Shown piece by piece: positions 53,564 to 62,500 of a DNA stretch of 64,000 nt; the stretch's first letter is position 1; each line of letters begins with the position of its first letter. The stretch is from an uncultured virus (IMG/VR IMGVR_UViG_3300021961_000064) (lineage: Duplodnaviria; Heunggongvirae; Uroviricota; Caudoviricetes), in IMG/VR virus record IMGVR_UViG_3300021961_000064; one strand, 5' to 3'. Both the position numbers and the translations under genes were made by a program. The notes beneath the pieces are model-generated. The model was given only the letters and a program-made list of their open reading frames with translations, did not search any database and had not been told where the DNA came from.

Positions 53564-56500
53564 TTAGACCGGTCTTGTACGGAAAGCTTGTGGATTTGTT
53601 TGAATTCCGACTATTCCGTTATCATTATAAACTTCAAATGTTTCTGGGGCTCCCAAAACTCTATTTTGATAATCGTATAATTTACCCCAACTATAATTTC
53701 CATAGAAAGGAAGTGTTCCACTAGAACCATTGGTATTGATTCCAGAGTTATCTGCTCCTCTCTTGTAAATTTCAACATAATTATCATTTGGAGATTTTGG
53801 TGCCAAATTGCAAGTAACGGTTGTTACGCCGGCAGATGCGCCAACTCCAACAGAAGTTTGAACATCCTCTACTCTATAAACACCGTCTAAGAAAGTGGTA
53901 GCAGTACCAATCTTAGAAGTCGGATAGTTAGCCATTCCACCAAGAGAAGTAGTAATACCGATAATTGGATGTCCAGTAGTTACATTGGAATTCCTTATAA
54001 CAAAATAATCTCCTTTGGATAGTTGACTATAAGTTACATTAAACGAATTCAGTGAAGAATATCCTATCCCAAGAGTACTATTATCATAATAATCGGATTG
54101 CAGTATAAATTGTACTTTTGGTGTGGTTGTTCCTATTCCTGGAGTACCAGCAAGGAATGTATTAATTCCAATCACTCTACCAAAATCACCCAGGGCCTTA
54201 ACTGACTTGACAAGTTCTGTCTTGACTGGATCAGGTTCTATCAATACAGATGGAGGATTACTTGTTGAATATCCAAATCCACCATCCAGAATAGAAATCG
54301 AGGTAACAACTCCAGCGGTTACGTTGGATACAGCCGTCGCTCTATTAAAGATGGGTTCCGCATAAATTGCAGTATTTACTCCAACAGAAACATATCTACC
54401 CTCAAGACCAACCTCGGAAACAAATCTAATAGAGTTCAACGAATTAAGTTGATCTGTTGGTCTATAAACCCAATTTATCAGATCGAAGGAATAATACAAA
54501 TCACCAATGGAGTTTAGAGCAACATAGAAATCATTATAGAAAATATCAACAATATCACCCGGAATCAAGGAAGTTCCTAATAATTCGAAAGATGATGGAT
54601 CGGGGACACCAGGTTGTCCAGAATAATCCGCAGTTCTAATAATAGTTCCATTATTTCCGACAGCAATAAATCTATCACCAACAAAAATAACTTTATTCAA
54701 TTTTGCAAAAGTAACCGATCCAAGAGTATCCCAGATAGAATTGTTTGTAGATCTAATGACTACTCCATCATCTCCCACTGCAACGATTTGCGATAATCCA
54801 ACTGCAAGACTATTGAGTGACTTTGTTGTTCCAGTAAATCTTCTAGTAAAGACACTGGTTCCAATACCCGATGCTCCAAACACTGCTCCTATAGCAGTGG
54901 CAACACCAACCATTGTCCAAGTATCAAGTTGAGGATTATAGACTATATCATTTATTGTTTCATTATAAGTACTGGAAGTGAATCCAATTACCCCAAACTG
55001 AGGTACAAATATTTCTTCAATTATATTTAATTTTTCCCAAGAAGTGATAGTTTGTGCGTATCCAACAGACTTAACAACATAACCATATCCGCCTCCAGCC
55101 ATGAAGATATTTGTTCCACCACAAGAAACTACTCCAAATGAAACTGTATTTCCGTATCCAATATAATCGGATTGCCAATCGGCACCATCATAACTATAAG
55201 CAAAAGCACCACTATTTCCAACAGAAACAAATACATTTCCATGATCAACGGAATTTAAAATATGTGTAGTAGAAAGTCCAGAAACTGTTCTCCAATTCTT
55301 AATTGGATCTTTTTTAGTAATCGCAGACTGAGAAACAGTTATTACTGGATTTGATGTATAAGCATATCCCACTCCACCAGACGAAATTTGAATAGAAGAA
55401 ATCGTTGAAGATGACGAAACTACACATGTTCCAATTGCTGGAGAAATTTCTCTTGTTTCGCATATTTTAATATTTCTCTTATCCTCACTGAGGGTATCAA
55501 TATCAGTGAAAATTGGGAAGGCATTATCTACATATATTTCTACATCATCTGGTAGAACTTTCTTAATTACATACGCATTTGGAACAATTCTACTATTCAG
55601 GGATGGTCTGGCCTTAGAATAAAGAACACCGCTTATTACTCTATCTCTAGTCTGTTTTTGCCACTTCAGTGGTCTTATCTTAGTGGGGTTGGTATTAATT
55701 CCAAGACTATCATATGTAAATGTATCAAGTTGATCGGAAGAAACAATAGTCTTTACGACTCTATCAAACTGATCGGTATCTAAAAGATCATCTTTATTTT
55801 CTCTAATTTGAATAAAGTCACCTTCCTTAATAGTCTTTGGTGGTTCTACGTCTTCAACGTCCACAGATGATCCTCTGAAATAGAGGATTGTGCAAGTTGA
55901 ATTCTCTTTTGGAGCTTCTTTAAATGAAACTCTAGATCCAGAGAATGTATAAGAATCTCCAGGAGATTGTAAAATATCATTTACGTAAATGAAGATATTA
56001 TTAGTAATATCCAAATCAGATCCTTGAGGGGTTCTCAAACTTATAACTTCTTTTACGTTATTATTTGTTATGGATAGAGTAAACTTCTTCCTAAATCCAT
56101 TGAAATATTGAGATATATCATCAAATTTTATAAATTGTCCAGGATACAATCCAGTAAATTTGTCCGTTTGTACTTCTTCAACTTCAAAAGTAAACTCTTC
56201 AAACTGTCTGAAGCTTACAATTCCAGACTGAGTATAATAATGAGATATTGTTGAACCAGCAGATAGGAAAGTGAATTGATTTGTAGATCCAACACTCGTT
56301 ACACGGAAATCATAAGCTCCATCAGTACTTACATCTGGGAATCTAAGGACTCTTTGGGTTGTGGGAACTTTCTTGGTTATAGAAACTTTTTGTGCTGTAC
56401 CACCAGAGACATAATTATGTGCGATAGTGGATATGCCAGCATTAAATGTGAATGATTTGTTGGAAGCTACATATGAAACGAGGAATGTCTTACCATAAGG

Positions 56501-59500
56501 TGAAGTGCCATCTGGGAAGATAGTGGTTGTTATTCCCGCATGTTCAACTGCACAAGAGAATTCTAAACCGTCTAAGGTTACATAATCTCCAACAGATAAT
56601 CCATGAGAAGTGGATGTAACTACGGTAGAGATTCCTGTGGACTCTGTATAAGTGAATGTAGATACACCAACCTGTCCATATCCCAAGAATTCATGTGGAA
56701 TTGTTGAAATACCAGAATTAATTGTAAATGTTGTTGAAGAACCAACACCTGTTACTCTGAATGTATAACCATATTCACTTGTTCCATCTGGGAAGATACT
56801 TGTAGTAACACCAAGAACAGCAGTTCCACCAGAAACATAAGTATGTGCAATAGTGGAAACTCCAACAAATATATTAAACTTATTAGTAGTTGGAACACCC
56901 ACTATCTCGAAAGTATCATATGAATTGAAGGCAAAACTTGTTGAAGATCCAACATATGGGAAAATAGTTGACGTGATTCCTGCAGTTGCAGTTCCGCCAG
57001 AGACGTATGTATGTGCAATGGTTGAGACGCCAACATCCACAACGATTGTATTGCCAGAAGTTCCAGATGTAGTCTTGAATACATTATTTGTACCGGTCAA
57101 TGATTTTTGACTTGAACCATCATATGGGAATAGAGTTGTAGAAATACCAATGGTAACTGTTCCACCAGAAACATAAGTATGATCAATTGTTGATATTCCT
57201 GCATTAATCGTGATGGTGCTTCCTGCAGTACCAGCGACAGTTTTGAAAACATTATATGTATTTGCCAAAGTATTGGGGCTACTTTGTGGGTATGGATTTC
57301 CAAAAGTATTGATTCCTGCGGGATATGGGAATAAAGTTGAAGTTAATCCAGCTGTTACTGGAGGGCATGATAGAAGTATATTTTCAACCCTCACATATTC
57401 CCCTGGTTCTATGCCATGATCACCGGAAAGAGTTAATGTGCAAAGTCCAACAAAATTTAAATAATCGAAATTAACAACATTTAATGTTGAGATTCCTGTC
57501 CAAGAGTCACATGATAATTGTATTCCATCTAGTTTTACATAACCACCAGCATCGATTCCATGATTTGCATCAGTTGTAACGGTAACGATTCCAGAAACCT
57601 CATCATAAGTCAAATTAGTTATGTTGGAGGTAGAAATTCCCAACCAAGAATCACAACTAAACTCAATGTCAGCCAAACGAGCATAATCGCCAACCAAATA
57701 TCCATGATCAGAATCTAGTATAATTGTAGTGATTCCAGCGTAATTATTATAATCTACTCCAATAATGTTGAATGTGGATCCAATGCTGGTGCAACTGAAA
57801 GGTAGATCCTTCAGAGTTACCATATCATTTGCGTTGATTTGGTGTGGTTGAACTGTAGTTACTGTAGAAATACCTGTTAGATTATCATAAACGAATGTAC
57901 TAATTCCTATTTCGGGCCAACCAACGAATATGTGTGGGATGGTCGAAACACCAGCATTAATGGTAAATACTGTATTACCTATGGATGTTAATGCTGGGAA
58001 AACTTTTCCATAAGGAGAAGTTCCATCTGGGAAGATAGTTGTTGTGATTCCAGAATGTTCTTCAGCGCAAGCGAATGGAAGATTATGTAAGAATACTTCT
58101 GTACTTGTCTTGTTCTCATCAACATCTGTTCTTAATACTCCATGTGGAGAATATGTTGTTACTGTGCATATGCCAGTTGCATTATCATATGAGAATGACT
58201 TAATTCCAACTTCATCATAACCACACGTAAATGCAGCACCAGCAAGTCTAACGACATCATTCTGGGATAGCCCATGGACATCTGTTGTTGTAACGGTGTT
58301 TATTCCAGTAATATTGTCGTAAGTAAAATTGGATATGTTTAAAATGTCCGATCTGAAACCAGTTCTCGTTAGTAGATCAGGTACTTTTAAGATATCACCA
58401 ACTTTGTAACCTATGCCAGGATTATCAATCTTAAATGAAATGACACTAGATCCTTGACCAACAACTACAGAAACTTTTGCGTTTTGGCCAACACCAGAAG
58501 TTCCTCCAGTGTAAGCCACGCCAAGATTACTGTAACCTGTAGGAATTCCAATAACAACTTCTGGTGGCGAAGATGTGGTATACCCGGAACCAGCATTTAC
58601 AATAGTAAATCCAGTAATAGTTCCAGAAGCTCCAACAGAAGCAGTAGCACTTGCACCATATCCAATTGTGGAAGCGATACTCACTGAAGGTGGCAATCTA
58701 TATCCAGAACCTATTCCAATAATATCAATCGAAGAAATGGTTCCTGCAACAGAAACATTTGCTACTGCTGTTGCACCCTTAAATGGTATATATCCATAGT
58801 TTGAACTCTGAGTTACCTTGGAAATTCTACCTGCGCTAGGAGTTCCCGTTAAGAATCTTATTACATTCTCACTGGTTCCATCAATAGTGTAATCAGTTCT
58901 TGGTTCTTGGAATACATTGTTTATCAATAGGATAGGATTGTTATTAATATCAACACCACTATTGACATCATTGAAAAGTGATGTTGTAGTATTTCCATTT
59001 ACCTTAACAGTAAACTCTGTTGCGGCAATTCCAGTAAATGATAGAGAAATATCATCTAAAATAACATTCTTATCTTGTGGTTTGGATGGATCAAACTGTC
59101 TGGATAGAACCCTACCGGCAAATATGGATCCAGTTTGCAAACCTGCTGGACCAATTTTACCATATGGAGGAGTAGTGAAGTATAAAGTATCCCCAACAAT
59201 ATTAAAATCTCCATTTAATACTGTTGAAGCAGCTCCAATAGTGTGAACTCCACTATTTGTTCCAAGATAACCTCTCTCAACCTCAACCTTATCTTCAGCA
59301 ATAACTCCAATAGTTTTGATGGAAACATACTCTTGATCGATATTAATAACATCTCCATTAGAAAGAGAATTTATTCCAGAAGAGATAGTAAGTACTGTTG
59401 TAGAAGCGCTGGATACGGGATCACCTAAAGAAACTTCTAAAGATTTTCTACGGAGAGGTCCCTGAATTACTCCATCTACCGTAATTACAACGCTACTATT

Positions 59501-62500
59501 TGGTTCTTTATATTCTAATGTGTGTGTTCCTGTACCATAACTTAATAAGTCAACAAATACACTTGTGGATAATCCAGAAACTTTGAATTTATTATCATCA
59601 ATTTTATAAACAAATAGGGATCTTGGTAATTTATTTGTTCCTAAGAAAGATGGATAAAAACTAATATCATCATTTGGGGCCACTCCACCAATATAAGTTC
59701 CAGCAATAGAAACTAAGGAAGTTGAAGCATATCCAGAACCACCATTAACAATAAACACATTTTCGAGTCTTCCATCATTATCTCTAGTTACTGTAAATAA
59801 TGCTTCAGAACCAACACCGGTAACGGAAGATGGAATATTAACATAAGAAGCATTTGCTTGAGCCTGTATCTGAGTAGCCGTTGTAGATGTAACAACAAAG
59901 CTCAAATCATTAGTTGGGGTGGCTCCACCCATATAAGTTCCGGCAATAGAGACCGTTTCTCCAACAACAAACTGGCTTCCACCCGTTTTAAGAGTAATAC
60001 TCGTACTTAAAGCATTACCAGTAGATGCAGAGTATGTAATAAGAACATCAAAAGTAGCATTTACTCCAGACAAATCTCCGTTTCCAATTGCACTCAAAAC
60101 TACTTTACTTGTGGGTCCTACTGGAACCAATACCGTAGAAATACCAATCTCTGCACCAACATCATTATTATATCCATTTTGAAGTATGGCTCCACCATTT
60201 ATTGACCCTATTCCAGTAATAACATCAACGTCACCAGAAACATAAGATGTTGTTGCAATTCCAATAGGATTTCCAGTATAAGAGTAAATTAATTCTTGTC
60301 CAGATTGGAAATTGTGATTTGGCAATACGAACTGATTTCCTTGCAGATCAATGACTGTTGTACTTAATCCACTAAATTCTCTCTTAAAGAGTGGGAATCC
60401 CTTATTCTTTAATTTGAATGTAGATAGTCCAACTATAGAACCACCTCTGGAAAGAGAAGGATATGTAATGGATGTAGGAGCAAAATTGGATCCGAGTCCT
60501 ACTATGGTAGTCACAATTCCAACATAATTTACAATAGCAGATCTAACATCCGCACAATCAGTCGAACCAATATTAGTTGTAGGGATCCCCGATAAACTTC
60601 CAGATATAACTGCTGATGTTAAAATTCCAACCAAGTTGGATATATTTGATCGTATATTTGCACAGGAATTTGGATCGGTATTAAATCCAGTAACAGGATC
60701 TGCAACAATAGTCAAATCTCTAACGTTTAATTGATTGGTAACAGCTTTACTGCAATAATCTCTTAGAGAATGGAAAGCGACCACAGATTCCTGTTCTTCA
60801 CCTATTAATCCTGTTGTTAATGCAACTCCCGCTCCACTAAAATACTTCTTCGTTGCATAAATTATATGTTGATTTGTGCCATAATTAACATCCTCAGCAA
60901 CTGCATCAATAATATATCCAAGGTCTCTATAACATTTCAATCCACCTGTAGTATAAGTTCCAACATTTATTGATGGTAAACTTGCAGTGTTTCCTGCGCC
61001 AATAACAATGGTTACAAGAGATACTAACGTGGAAATATTATTTTGGACATCTTGACATGCTGAAGTACTTGTATTGGATACTGTAGATCCAACTCCGACC
61101 ACCGGTGGGCCTGCTGTTACAGTTAGATCTTTAATTGTCAATCCGTTTCTAACAGCAGACTTCATCAAATCTCTTGCCTGTTCAAAAGCATAGATTGATT
61201 GAGTCTCTTCTCCAACTAGTCCATTACTGATAGGAGTAGTACCCGAAACATCAAAATACTTTTGAACAAACTCTCTAGAATATTTGTTGCCACCAGTAAA
61301 TATATCAGTGGATATTGCATCAACAAAATAACCAATATCTCTCTTACACTTATCTTGTGTACTGGAAACATCTGGGTAAGTCAGTATTAAATTACTCCAT
61401 GTTGTATCGATAATTTCTTGTCTATTTTGTTGAATTAATCTATATCCATCATAATATCTTGATCTACCATTAGTTTGGTTGTCTCCAGGGAAATAAAAAT
61501 CTGGGAAACTGACTGCTATAGAAGCAAGAGATTTATCTAAAATTTCTTTTTTATTAGCTACAATTAGATTTCTAGCATCTTTATTTCTATAGAGAGTTTC
61601 ATTTGTTGGATCTTGTATTAGAGCAAAGTTAAATTCTTGGTCAACGGCAGTTTGATATAAAGTTGGTGGGGATTGATTGTTGATAACATATTGTGATAAG
61701 AATTTAACATAATTATAAGCAAATAGTGTCTCTTCAGTTTCATTGGAAACGTAAGAGGATCCCGCATTCCAATAAGCTAACCCAGCTTCAACTGACTTAT
61801 TATTGGAATTATATTTTATATCATGTGCAATTGCATCAATGATATATCCAACATCTCTCTTACAAGTTTCTCTGTCATATGTGGAATTTGAACCAATATT
61901 TGGATAGTTATACTCAACAAAGGAAACTACTTCCTCTTGAATAAATTCCCTATTAAGGTTCAACATATCTGATGCGTCTGCATATCTTCCTCTCAAAGCC
62001 TGAGATGAAGTTCCGTCAAATTGATTAGAAATATCATCAATCTTCAAAACTTTATTTGTTTTATTGAGAATATAATTTCTAAGTGCAACTCCTTCATTAA
62101 AATAAACCCTTTCAACAGCACCATCAGGTAAGAAATCTTCTTCATATACTAATGCAAAATTATCTCTCTGATTTAAAGAAGCTACATTATCTAAATTAAC
62201 AAGGAACTGAGAAGCACTTGCAAGAACAGATGGTTTTAAATTGGTAGATTTAGATATACCAACATTCGTTGACTCTAATGATGGTTTTGTTATTAGTTCA
62301 AGATCGGAGAATTCTTTGAATCCAGATGGGTGAATAATAGACCTAACGGATTCTCTCCACTTTGAATATGGAATTGTACTCTTAATCGAATAAGAGAACT
62401 TTTGATAGTAGAAGTTATCTGCGATTCTTTGTTGGAACTCATTCAGGATACCAACGGCATTATCAATTTGACCAACCTTATCTCTTGAAACTCCCAAAGT

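Noticed and set aside
32139..57190. Dispersed ~30-bp repeats as a CRISPR array or invertase sites
   Set aside because: They are in-frame coding repeats (HTYVSGGTA), irregularly spaced and in direct orientation, with no recombinase or cas gene nearby.
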